A DNA stretch of 63,456 bases, the filler included, from Reticulomyxa filosa (taxonomy: Eukaryota; Protista; Foraminifera): assembly GCA_000512085.1 (NCBI GenBank). It is 15 parts of 15 records of this genome, joined end to end, with 100 filler letters (N's around TTAATTAATTAA, not from the genome) between each part and the next. Parts side by side here need not be neighbours in the genome. Positions count along the whole stretch, not along the records: positions 22,588 to 40,699 come from ASPP01020435.1; positions 40,800 to 49,411 come from ASPP01007530.1; 13 more parts are not named here. One strand, 5' to 3'. Below, piece after piece: positions 27,839 through 42,334 of the stretch. Position 1 is the first letter of the stretch; each line of letters starts with the position of its first letter. The position numbers and the translations under genes are program-made. A model generated the notes under the pieces. That model worked only from the letters and a program-made list of their open reading frames with translations. It was not told the origin of the DNA and searched no databases.

Positions 27839-28781
27839 TTTTTTTTTAAGTACTTGAGTTTTGCAACAATTGTGAAAACATACCAGTAAAATTATTGTTG
27901 TTGAGTTTCAAGATAATTAGAAAAATAGATTTAGGTTTTTTTCAACTGTTTGCTCCCGTTGTTCCTCTTTTGTTATAGTTAAACAATTTTTGGGAAAATT
28001 AATTTCGATGATTCGATACTATATTGTCTTTAATTTTTTCCGTAATGAAATGAACATATTTTTTTGCAAAAAAATACATTTGTGTTAGGACATTTTTTTA
28101 GACAGCTGAATCCAAGGTTGTCATTGTGGAAAAGAAAACATTGCAAAAAAAAAAAAAAAGGTTCTTTGCATAGTCCAAAAAAAAAAGAATTAACGTAAGT
28201 CGCAAAAATGGTATTTGTACATGAAATTGGACGTTTGCATTGCAGTCAACAACATGAATAGGAAAAAATATTTGTGGAGCATGATTTTTGTTTTTGAGCA
28301 CACTTTTGATTTGCAGATACAAGCAACATTACAACGAAAGAGAAAACGTTTCAATATTTTCAAAGCGAGAATTTTTCCTTTTTAGAAATGGATAAAAGGA
28401 AGAGAGGAACACACAAGCATAAACAAAATTTCCTCCAACTATACATATCACAGGCTAAAAACTGTCTCACCTACAGAACAAGCTTTTTTGTAACGACACT
28501 CTTGACAAACAACAACAAAAAATTTCGACAACCCAAATCGTAATCAAGGGATAAGCAAAAAAAAAGAAAATCATTACAAAATGTTCAAATAAGGAAGCTT
28601 GGACACATACTATGACTGATCCCAAAAAATAACTACAACAACAAAAAAAGAAATTAAAAATACAACAATAACAAAAAAACAACACCGAAAACAATACGAA
28701 GAACAAGAAAAAAAAAAAGGTCAACATACGAACACGATTTTTTTTATTTTTTTTGCAAAGTCTTAAACATGGTTGAAAAGC

Positions 28782-29311
28782 TCATTCTGCCAATAATTGT
28801 TCGTACTCGTTTGTTATAATAAATCTTGCAAATGCACCATTCATCAAAAAAAACATTTCACGGATGCTATCGCGGAACAAGTTATAAAAGAAGAGCACAT
28901 CCGTCGCTGCTAGCGTGTCTCTACGACAACCATCAAAGCCAAACGTAAGAAGAACATGATTGCGATCCACTTCGCTAATGTTTACTTGACAAGGAGATTT
29001 TTCTTCAAAATACTTGATTGACAGTTGTTGTGCAATATCATACAATTGCGTAATGGTCACCGATGTGATTTGGCTCTGACGCTCCACTGACAACACATCA
29101 CAGATAATACCCGACAATGGAATTATTTCAGAGCCATTTTCTTCGCATTTTACCAACTTTCTATCCCATTCTCCTAAGTCAATATCTTCCAATTCTTTTT
29201 TACAGCCCTCTCCACAGTATTTAAATAATTGTTGATACTGAATCAATTCCGTGTAACACAGCAAATTCTCCGACGATATTTCGCTATACACAAAATATAG
29301 ACAAATACAAA

Positions 29312-29347
<36 letters not shown>

Positions 29348-30842
29348 TTCTGTTTGTATTAAAGAATTGTGATTCTTTTCTTTCAAAACAAACAAAATAG
29401 TGTACGTATTAAAATACGTATACCGCAAATTCATTTTCAAATGTTAGCCACATAAAGTTAAAAAAAAAAAAGAAATCTTTTTTTGCAAAAAAACAAAAAA
29501 AAAAAAAAACAAAACAAAACCTGATCAAATGTCTCATAAAGACACCATATCCTTTGGGATGTCGTAAAATCTCAAGGAGGGAAATCTGATCCGTGTGGTC
29601 TGTAATAGAGACAACCCTTTTTCTGTCGGGATTGTTTTTTTTAGTGTTTGCTGAGATTGTTGCCGCCAATTGACTTTCGTGGATTGTCTTCGAGCGACTT
29701 GTGGAAAGTCGTGCATCCCATAATAACAGAGGCGACTCTTTGATTATCCTCCTCAAAAACAGTTCACTGACCATGCAGACCACAATGCTGCCAAAAGCGT
29801 GTGAAAACCATTTGAGCGAACCATCCCATTGCTTGTCATGTAAAAAATAGTTTGCCGTAACAGAAAAAAAGTACACTATTATTGTGATAGAATACGCCTT
29901 TAATGCCATCGACAGTTCCTCTATTATTTTATAGTTTACACAATATACAACGTATACACACATACGAATTTTCATTACTGCTGATTTATGTTTTCCTTTC
30001 AAGCACTTTAAAAAAAAAAAAAAAAATCTCCAAGCATGCAAAAAAATACTTGACATAGTATAGTATGCTTGCACGTATAAATATATAAAATAAAAACAAA
30101 AAACAAATATTTTTTTTTTTTATGTATACGTAGTGTATACAGTTGAATTGTAGTGGACAAAACGTTTGATAAATAAAGAATCTTGAAAGCGAGGCGAAAG
30201 GAGATAAATGATAAAAATAACAAGCACGATTGCCCCGTAATGTAAGGATTGAAATGTGAAAAGCATGTTTGCAAAAAACGTCCTTGTCCTTGATTGACTG
30301 TACTCTCCGAATATTTTACCAAGCTCAAGCAAAGAACAAAGTGTTCCAAGCACTACGCATACAACAGTCGTGAACCGCTTCATCCACGAATAGTTCCCGA
30401 ATGTGGATCTGTTCTGGTAATACCATATTTTTTCTACATCATCTTTTTCCAGATATCTCTTGTTGATCCCTGATTTCCATTGATTGTTCAATTGAAAGAG
30501 GGCATAGTTCAGATCGAAGCATACCATCCAATATCTCAGTGTCAGTGCGTACAGAAAAGCAGTAATCGAAAAATCACGTATAGGGGAGGACACTACTTCA
30601 AGAAAGAATGCGTAGTTTTTTGGCATTGGAATTACAGCTGATCCATAATACACTGGGCTTAGCAATCCTGTGTTGAGTACAGACAATCCATACATTATTT
30701 GCAGCAGCGAACAGTAGCGCTTTTTCATGAACATCGTCTTGCGAACACGTCGAAACTGGTACAAGAAATAAAGTTGTGCAGGTACACCAATTAATTCAAC
30801 TATACATAACCATATTATGAAAAAAATTATTGCCGGAGTCAT
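28782..30842 (-). CDS. Multi-pass (7TM-type) membrane protein fused to an RGS domain
   Basis: Six to seven hydrophobic helices, then the RGS box LLEILRHPKGYGVFMRHL / EISSENLLCYTEL / KYFEEKSPCQVNIS / MFFLMNGAFARF. Confidence 0.85.
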
Positions 30843-31455
30843 GTTGTCAAAATACTCTCAAGATCCACTTGAAAAAGAGGCAATAACAATTGGCTTCGAA
30901 TTTGGAGCTCTGCCAAGTTTTTTAATTAAATTATTTCCTTTGGCTCTTTTAGCAAGTTTACTGTCAATTTGTCAAAAAACACAAATGCAAGATATTTTTT
31001 TCAAATTTTTTGATGGATTGCCTCTACTGTGATATAGGATTGGATTCTAACGATTAGAATAAAATTTCGAGGAACTCTTTTTTTGACACTTTCACAATAA
31101 ACTCCGTTCTTTGTTTCTTTTCTTTGCTTTCTATTGAAACTTGTTCCAAAAAGCATAGCTTTTCATGTGATGAAAATTTTAGATGGCGAAAAGTATCTTA
31201 ATAATCAATTTTGTCAAACAAGTGTTGACTACTTCAGTACATAAAAATTTGAATTTGTTTAACATTTTTAAATTTGAGATAATTTTATTATGATTTTGAA
31301 TGCATTTGCTATGTTAAAAAACAAGTAATTATTCTCACAAGCGATTGTGTTCAACCAATTTGAATGCTATACCAATTGATAAATAAAGAAAGAATACTGT
31401 TTTTTCGTCAACAGAAAATGTATGATTTTCATAAGTTTGAGAAAAAGCGAAAGAA

Positions 31456-32983
<1,528 letters not shown>

Positions 32984-33548
32984 TGATCTTATTTGTGTGT
33001 TGAATTTCACTGATTGTATTGGTGCCCTTATCCTGTTACAGTTTTTCAAAACAGCCGCTTTCGCCTTAAAGGAAAAAGAGAGTCTAGATCACATAAATAT
33101 AAAAAAAAATTACCGAAATAGCTTTGAAAGCATACAACACTTTTTAAGACTATTGCAAATTTTTTTTTTTATCAACTATGTCCCCATCCTCTTGTTTACT
33201 AAAACAACTAACGTCGTTTTGGTACGTCAAGAGTAGTTCGTAGTCTTCTGCGTGTTTTGTAAAAAAAAAAAGCAAAAATCAGCTTTTTAGCTTACTTAGT
33301 CATAAATAATTTTTTAGTTTAATAATAAACAACTTGAAATAAGGGATAGGATTTGTTGCATAAGTCTTGATTTGAATTAAAAACATAGTCGACTGTGTCG
33401 GCTGAATATCCAAAGGATTTAGGAAAAGTGTGTCATTGACGTCACTTTTGTACTAACCTCACGACTTGAGTGAAAGTTGATATTACTGCACAAGTTTACT
33501 TGGAATATAAAGCTTTATAGAAAGCAAAAAAAGTAAAATAAAAACAAA

Positions 33549-34688
33549 ATGGCACTAACCAAGAAATTCTTGCTAAAATTATGTAGAGAAATGAACCTTT
33601 ATTCGACACCAGAGCTAAATGACAAACTTTATCTTCACTGTCAAGGAATCAGTCGTATAGAAAACTTAGAAGAGTACACAGGAGCGAAAGTATTATGGCT
33701 CCAGACTAACTGTAAACATGTCTGCTGTGTTTGTTTTAAACCTTTTGGTTTTATACTTTATAACCGAAATGTCAATAGGTATTTCAAAGATTGAAAACTT
33801 GGATCGTCAAACACAACTGAAGTGTCTGTTAAGCATCCATATTGGCTACAATTGAACTAATCAATGATTTTTTTTGCACGGGGTTAACACAAAAGATATT
33901 TACAGCAAAACTTGATTTCTAAAATTGAAAATCTGGACTCTTTAAAAGAATTGGATACTCTAAATTTGGAAAATAATTGCATAAAGGAAATTTGTAACTT
34001 AAAAGCATGCTCTCAACTTAATACTTTGAATTTGGCAAAAAATCAACTTAAATCGGCAGAAGACATCAATGGTCTTTTGGAGTGCCCATCGATCTGGTTA
34101 AGAGTATTTTAATTTTAAATTTTTTGTTAAACTACAATTTGACAAAAAGTTAATATAAAACTGAAAAGTGTCTTGGATTTAAGTAATAATTCATTGGAAA
34201 ATCCTAATATTTTGGATATACTGAAACAAATGCCAAATTTGAAAGTGTTATATCTCTTCGGTAACAAAGTTTGTGGCGAAATCAAAAATTATCGTAAAAC
34301 GATTATATCATCAATTGCTACATTGACACATTTGGATGATAGACCAGTGTTTGAAGAAGAAAGAAGGACATGTAACGCTTGGTGAGTTGTTAAAGCAAAA
34401 AAAGTTTATAAAACTGCTTTTTTTTTATTTTTCATATTACAATAAAGGGCTCAAGGTGGTCTAGAAGCTGAAAGGGGAGAGCGTGAACGAATAAGCCAAG
34501 AAAAAAAGCAAAAAGAAGAGAGAAATTTCCAAGCATTCAAAGAACTTGTAAGACAAGCAAGGCAACACAAAAAAGACCCCGTTGGTCCAGCTACTGGGGC
34601 AACGTTTTTCGATGATGCTACTCACCAGTTTGACGATGAAATGAAATCTATGGAAGAGATATCGGAAACAGCGTCTAGTGACTTTTGA
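33549..34688 (+). CDS. DNAAF1: Dynein axonemal assembly factor 1 (ODA7/LRRC50), LRR protein
   Basis: [38 protein letters not shown]22-type LRRs, LRRcap [31 protein letters not shown]. Confidence 0.92.
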
Positions 34689-35029
34689 AGCTAGATCTGT
34701 TCCTTTTTTTGATAATAAGTAATAATTCCTCAATTATTTACGTAGAAGTGCAGTTTTTACTATATTTAAAAAGTCTGAATTTTAACTCTATGATCACCAT
34801 CCTCCAATAAGATTAAAAAACTCCATTTTTTATCTATTTTATCATGAACTAAAGCTTTGCATAAAGAAAAGGATTTTTACAAAATATCTGTATTGTTCAA
34901 TATGCTTTCATACAAAAGACTTAAAAACATTCAATATTTGAATAAAATTAAAGAGCTTTCTTTGGTCGACCGCCAAATTTCGATCCTGTCTTTTTTGTAT
35001 AATACGATACTTTTACTAAAGAGACCAAG

Positions 35030-36048
35030 ATGGGTTGTGTAGAAGCAGCAGACATCACGGATGAAGAGATAATAGCAGCAAAAGAGGATCATGAGCGTGT
35101 CCAAAAACTTCGAGAAAAGCAAAAAACCAAATCGTCAAAAAGATTTGAGCTTGGAAGTCGTTTCAGTAAAACAGCGAAATCTTACAACATTACCGCAACA
35201 CCGAGTATGATAGACGGGCACGAGGACTTGCCCAATCAAATCACATTTGGAACCACGTTGAGTGTTGAAAATGCCCAAAAAAGTTTCGCCTAACTGAAAA
35301 AAGGGGGAGGAAAAAAAACCGACAATTTTTTTTTTTTCTATCCCCTTTTTCCAATAAAAAAAAAAAAAAAATAGGAGAAGCTGTGATAACTGCCAATTCG
35401 AATATTTTATGCGTAATTTACTCCTTTGATAAACTCCTGGCCATTGCAACATTCGACCCAGTGCTGGAAGCAACAGATATGACAACCAATGAAGTGTTGC
35501 GATATTTTGGCGGTGAAACCCGCACTCAACGCTTAATAGAGCATTTCAGTGCAATACGAGCGGAAATGGAATACGAGATAAATAACGAAACAACGATACG
35601 TACCAAAGAGATATTTGTCGTGAGCGACACTCTCAAAACAATTCAAATTCGCACCTTGTTGGAAAAAGTGGGTTTATTGGATAAGGTTGTTCCTATCACC
35701 ACCACTGCGATCGCTGGCGACGCAAATTCGGGAAAAGACTTTATTATCGGCACCGATCACCGTTTCATGTCCGATGGGGCGTCGAAAAATATGGCCGTTT
35801 TCAAAATTTTGCAGGAAAAGAAATATGCACATGATCAAATACTCTATATTGACAATGTCAAAGCGATCGTCGAATATTTCAATAGCATTTCCTTGTGTCG
35901 TACCTTTTTGGTGAAGGACGAATACGGAATTAGTCCTGATACCTGTTTTACCGTTGAAAGTATGTTTGATAAAAATAATGCCACCACCGAATTCACTTTG
36001 GAACCACCTTCCAAACCACTCGACCTTCATATCGATGATGGAAATTAA
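35030..36048 (+). CDS. N-acylation-signal protein with degenerate HAD-like domain
   Basis: MGC start; intron 35283-35374 joins in frame; CVIYSFDKLL (motif I-like), FGG..R, IFVVS (II), SK (III), ILYIDN (IV). Confidence 0.55.
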
Positions 36049-37520
36049 GGTTCCTTTTTTTTTTATTATTAGTTGTTTTTGCCTGTTGCATCTTTTGTTC
36101 TTTTTTTTTCTATGCTTTAATAAATTGACAAATTGATATGTTGTTCTGTCCAAATTGGTGCCAAATATTGTAAAGTGGTGATGTGTGGGCTTTTTTTGCT
36201 CACATGCAAATATATTATTATGCCTAAAATCATTTTTTAGGACAACCTACAATTGCATTTCTTTTAAAATCGCACAATCACAGGGAGCTCATCTAAAGAT
36301 AAGAACTGAATGACAACAGTTTAATACTACAAAAAAAAATTGTAGTTTCGTACTCCTTAATGTTGCACTTTAAAATTTATTAAATGCACAACGTATACAA
36401 ACAAATTTGCAAAAAAATGGACAAAGAGGGATTATACTGAAAGAGATTGAGCTAACATATATATGAGTTGTTCTTTCGAGCAATTTTCAATTAAAGTAAT
36501 CAATGGAAAAAAGATAAACAAAAATTGTTAAAAAGCATTAGTATATCCAGTTATCATTTCATTATATTTGATTATAAACAGTCAATAATTGTTATCATTT
36601 TGGGCTTACAATGATTTTCAAAGTTGAATTGCACAAGACGAGGTTGTATTCCATCTGGAGAGAGATATCTATCACCGTAGTGTGGTGACGATATACTTTT
36701 GTATTTATGTCATATTCAACATTTCATAATAGTATGTACCTTTAAAACAATAAGTCAAAATTTCTATGGAAAATATTTTTGGTAGTATATATCATTGAGT
36801 GCCCACAAATAATTTCTTTTTATGTTACATCTGATCTTTCAATTATTCCGTTTTAAGAGTTGTACAATTAAGAAATTATGAATTATATCTTCGTTATTTT
36901 ACCTAGAGAAAAGGTGTTGAAGAATGTGCTTTTTTTTCAACTAATTTCTAGTCAATATCGTCATATTGTGAGATGTCATTTGCATTACAAACTTGCTTTG
37001 TCATTTTTTTTTAAAACTTTAAATTCTAACAAGTCCAATTATTTTTTTTTACTGAACGTAAGTTGTTTAAAAAAACATCAAAATATAAAAAAATTTTACA
37101 ATATAATATTTTTCATATTAAAATTTATTATAATTATATTTAACAAAAATGATTTATTCTAATTTTAAAGTTAATATTATTTAATAAAAATGTAGTTTTA
37201 GTGCAAAATATTTATAAATTGATTTATTAATTTATAAAATTTTTATATTTATAATGACTATATAATATAATTGCAAAAGTATTTTACAATTTAAAAATAA
37301 ACATTATCACAGTTGACTTATATAGTTTCAGCAATTCTTTTTTTTTCTAACATTTGGACAAATATGTAAAATAACTTTGTATGAACAGTTTGAAACTTAG
37401 TTCCAAAAGTAAATCTAAGTAAAAAGAAGTTAAATTAATAAGAATAATAACAACAAAATAAGAAAAGAACAACATGCAATAATATTTGTAAAGAAAGTTT
37501 AGCACTGGGGGTTCCAGTGT

Positions 37521-38290
37521 TCACTTAGAACTTTGTTCTTCATAATATGGACTTATCCTACAACTATACGAAGGAATTGAAAATCGGCCTTCAAAAATTT
37601 TTTGTTGAGACATTGCCGCAAAAAGTGTGATGATTGGTTTTGTATAGGGAAATATACTTGACTCACACCAAACAAGGCAACACAACATGAAATTAAAAGT
37701 AAATGCTTCTCCTAGTTCAAATGGATGAAACATTTCTAACAAACATTGGAAGAAGGAGTTTTTTTGCAAATGATCTTGTGCTGTTTAATCAATATTTGTT
37801 TGTCTTTTATCATCTCCAATATCCCCTTTGGTTAAGTTGTCATCACTTTCAGTCACAAAGATGTAGCCGTCATTCATGTTAATATGATGACATCCCGAAG
37901 TGCGATTAATCTGGTCTTCCGTTTTTTCATAACCCTTGAAACTAGCAGAGTTTTCGACTGAGCCCAAGATATTTTAAGATTTATATTTCTTTGTGCGCTG
38001 GTAACAGATGATTAGATCTTGGGGTCTGTGAAACTCAAGTATACTCCCTTTGGATACGAAATCGAACCGTATCATTGTTGTGTGTAATATTGTCTTAATT
38101 TGCAATGATCATTTTTGAAGGAGTGAAATATAAAGTCATCACTCTTGCTATTACAGCAACGATACATTCCCAGCACAATGTCTTCGGTTTCGATGTTCAG
38201 CTTTGTTCTTATTTTATCTTTCAATTGCCATAAAAAGCAATCACTGTTCATATCGCTCGAAACTTTGTGTATCTCGTTTTTGAAAGTTTA
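37521..38290 (-). pseudogene. Probable pseudogene; upstream part weakly ubiquitin-like
   Basis: One frame from 38093 to 37521 is open except for TAA at 37974-37976 and 37785-37787; upstream LWQLKDKIRTKLNIETEDIVL. Confidence 0.3.
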
Positions 38291-39631
38291 AGCTTCAGAA
38301 AAAAAATCAAAAAAGAAAAGAGAGTCTTTTTTCCGCTCCCCCTTTGAAAAAAGTTAAACGAAAGAAATTGAGACAACAATAATAATTAAAAAAAAAGAAA
38401 GTGCAAGGCCAATTTGTGGTTGATGAGAATGATTCATCGGTCCAAGCATTATTGCAAAACCAGGCCTGTCCTGTGGAAATTTTTAATTGTGGGAAGACGG
38501 GAGGGATTAATGCTACTAAAAAAAAAATAAACTACCACCTAACTCGTACGACATGACAATCATTAAGAGAGCTCTAAACAGAAATTACTTGCTATTATTA
38601 CTTTGATTGGGCACAATTTTTTTTGCAAGTTATATCAATTTGGTGGAAAAACAAAAATCAAGTTAGCTTTGTTTTTAAGAGCTGTTCAAGTTCTGCTTGT
38701 AGGAAGCTCAGGTACAGAAGTTGTAATTGTAATACGACAAACAAAAATGATCTAAATAAAGAATAATTAATAAGAAAAGAAAGAAAGTAACAAAAAAAGT
38801 AAAAAGAGTTTTAGGAGTTTAACACTCTTCAGACCCTTAAGAGTTTGGTCATCTACAGTAGGAGCTTGCCCTACATGCCTTATAATTTATAAATCTCCTT
38901 GTTCAGACAAAAAACTAGTTCTTTCATAATTTTAATTATTGTATCCGACAATACATTTTGCTTAATTGAAAATTGTTTAAAATGAAATATATTAATAAAC
39001 TTTTAGATCAATTTTGCAAGATAAGGTATATTCATTTTTCCGATAAAAGATTTTGAATCAAAAAAAAAATTTTCAAACTGGAACTATTTATTAAAAATTG
39101 TCTGTAGTATTTGGTGCTTGGTTCAATAAAAAAATAACAAACCAGTCGGGGACCTCTTTTGAATTTTAAAAAAACTTCTTTTTTGTAAATACTTTTTTGT
39201 TTTCCAATTTATTGTAATGGATTTTTGTTTACTAAAATCTTTTTTTAAAAATTACTGTAAAACAGTTCAAGTAATATAACAAAATCCAAATTGTGAAACA
39301 AATACTTTTGAACTGCGCTATTGCGGAGAAGCGGTGAATTTTTTTAAGTTAATTTTTTTTTTTTTTTGTGTATGTAAAAGTATTGTGATGCTTACCGACA
39401 TCGTTAGAACTTAGTTGTGATAATAATTTCCTCCCTATTCTGATAATTTTTTTTATTTGTTATTTTATTATTTTTGAGTACGTTTATTAAGGTGAGATTA
39501 ATTTGTGTTTGATCTGATGATAGGCTTTAAAGTTAAAAAAAGAGAAGTCGTTGACAAATTGAAACAAGCAGTTGTGTTTATACTTGTGAATTTTTTAGAA
39601 GTGGTGACTATGATTTTTTGAATGAAATTAT

Positions 39632-40500
39632 TTATAAAAAAGATAGCAAAACCAAAAAAATGATAAATAAAATTGAATAAAAAAGCATTTTTTTCAACCA
39701 ATTATTTATTTCTTTAGGAGTGGAAATACTGTCAACATAAACTCCATATCTTGCTCTTATTTCTTTAGCAATATTTGATAACTTTTCTTTATCTTCATTC
39801 CATAACATAAAATATTGGTACAATTCATTATCTTGATTTGTCACATAACTCTTATATTTTGGAAATTTTATAACATAAACACATTCAAATCCTTGCTTTG
39901 AATAAAATTTCATTGATTTGGGATTTGATGTATCTAACAATACAAAATCTCCTCGAGGAAGAATATTATACAAAATATGTTGCATCATATGACTTCCAAT
40001 ATTCTTTCCTTGTAATTCTTTTACAATTGAAAACATATTTATCCACCAACATTCAGACATATTTAAATATTGTGATAATCTATCTGTTACCATATCAAAG
40101 CTTTTCAAAAAACAATTATGACGCAAGAATAGTTTCCATGTGGCGATTGTTATCCATTGTTTTTGATCATCATCCAACCGTCTTTAAATACGTTCGATGT
40201 TTCTTGAATATCGCATTGCCCTTGAGCGCAAATTGTTAGGCTTCCTCCATATTCAACCTTTCCGTCGTTATTTTTATCTTTCACTTCTATAATGTAACAT
40301 CCTGGACGCTCTTGTGGATTAGTATAATTTGTACAATATCGAAGAGAGAGCTGTTGTCTTCCTGAAATAGCAATTTTAGACATTTCGGGATCGTCCACTA
40401 TGTACTGGTACCCGGGGTCGCCAAAGAAAGATTCAACAGCACACTTGCACATAAGGGAAGGAGAAAATTGTCCCGTATACTTTGATATTTTTATATCCAT
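39632..40500 (-). CDS. GNAT acetyltransferase with C-terminal TM helix; one frameshift
   Basis: ESFFGDP N-terminal motif, motif A ELQGKNIGSHMM, motif B LLDTSNPKSMKFYSKQGF; overlapping ORFs 40150-40500 and 39632-40177. Confidence 0.8.
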
Positions 40501-40865
40501 TTTACTCTTTGATTGGATGAAACGTCTAACTTGCGTGCAATCAAATTTTTAGTGTGCTTTTGAAAGTGCAAAGGGTATTTTGTAAAGAAAAACTCGTTAA
40601 CTTTAAGTGTATGAATCAACATTTTACTACAAATTGTCTCTTTACAAAATTAGCAGTTTGCATTTTTTAACTTTTCTTTATTTGAGAAAATAAACTTGAN
40701 NNNNNNNNNNNNNNNNNNNNNNNNNNNNNNNNNNNNNNNNNNNTTAATTAATTAANNNNNNNNNNNNNNNNNNNNNNNNNNNNNNNNNNNNNNNNNNNNT
40801 TTTTTTTTTTTTTTATTACATTAAAAAGTAGATGATGATATTCATTTTTTTAAAAAAAATGTTAG

Positions 40866-41989
40866 AACAAATTGTCGAACGTCCATTTTCTTGCACGCCC
40901 ACGAGTGACCTTTGCGGACAATTTTATACGAGCACTGCATGGTCGGACGCGACAAATGGAGAAGAGGGCGGCTTCTGTCAATTACAAAACTGCCGTGCCT
41001 TGTGTGAAGTGCAGTTGGAAGAGCGAAGTTCATTTCCGAATGATATCCCGCACTGGTTCCAAAAGAACGAAGGACAGTGGTATCCTTACGAGGTGGATAC
41101 GGAATACAACGAAACAGTACGCTTTGACACGGGCACATCGTGCAATGAATATAATCATGGATTGCGCGAGCACTTTCACAACATCCCCAGAGGCAAGTGC
41201 TTGGCTGGATTTGCGTACAGCTCTGGCGAAGACGCTTGCTATCTCAGCTCATACCAATACTCGGGATGCTATGTCGATCGCGCATTCCCGCCCAACTTCC
41301 CTCCGGATTCGAATCAAGACAAATGCTACGGCAGCAACGACACGTGCGGTGATGGCTGGGTCGGCACATGTGACGACGTGTGCGAAAACAGCTATTGCTC
41401 GCCCGCCAGACAACCCAACTACGAAACATTGATGCGATTGACCCATTACGTGTGCAATGTCAATGGTGAATGGATCTCTTTTGCCGACTTTGAAAGCAGT
41501 CTCACTGATGACAGCAACAATCCTTCCTTCGTTTTTGACGGCACCAATGTCACCAAATTCCAATGCGAAATCCCGACCTCGTCAATCACCCAACAAGGAC
41601 AACAAGACGTCTCCAATGCCAATGCGGGCACTGCTGACATTCAAAATGGAGGTGCAGCCCAAGTCGGAACTGGTGATACTCAAACCGGAGGAACTAGCAC
41701 TGGAACCGGAACTGGAACTGGAACTAGCACTGGAGGCCAGGCCAGCAGTGGAGACACTCAAAGTGGAGGTAGCTCCCAAACAGGAACTGGTAACACTTTT
41801 GGTGGAAGTGGAGGAAGTAGTAGCAATAGCAGCAGCAAAATGTCTCAAGTTTTGATATGGAATGGAATACTCATACTTGCCATGCTTTTAGTCTTGGCTT
41901 TTGCACGCTTTGCTTACACCAGATGCTACAGTAAACAATATATCAAAAAAAGGCTTTCAGATCCTGATGTGGTGCCTCTGTTGGCTTGA
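40866..41989 (+). CDS. Cys-rich type I membrane protein with Gly/Thr/Ser stalk; 5' missing
   Basis: Cys-rich ectodomain, GTGDTQ-type repeats, TM LIWNGILILAMLLVLAFA, short tail. Confidence 0.8.
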
Positions 41990-42334
41990 GCCAAATAACG
42001 CGAAGAAATTTGGGGGTGTTGGTTTATTTGTTGATTTGTTATTTTTTTTGTAAATCGTCTAAGATTTTATCGTTCTGCTTCACACCTCTGCTTTCATACT
42101 AGATCGGCTTTGAAACTCATAAAGTGGACTTTTTCGAGTTTGAAGTGTTTGTTGCCGTAATGCTCAGTATCAAAACGCTACAAATACTACCTTGTTTTAA
42201 AAAGTCATGTTATTTTGAAATCAGAACGATAATGTAATTAAGGCAATGGTTTGTGTACGCATTCTTTAAGAGAACGAAACAAGGGGAAACACCAACAGCC
42301 CTATATACAAAAAAAAAAAAAGCAGATAAATAAA

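Noticed and set aside
36665-36695. Small hairpin ATATC-TA-TCACC...GGTGA-C-GATAT, and a similar one near 26830
   Set aside because: Too short to distinguish from chance.
37521-38093. Two in-frame TAA codons suggesting stop-codon reassignment
   Set aside because: Conserved genes here (Exo70, Arf, TrxR, G-alpha) end in TAA and have no internal TAA in their exons; a pseudogene or chance is simpler.
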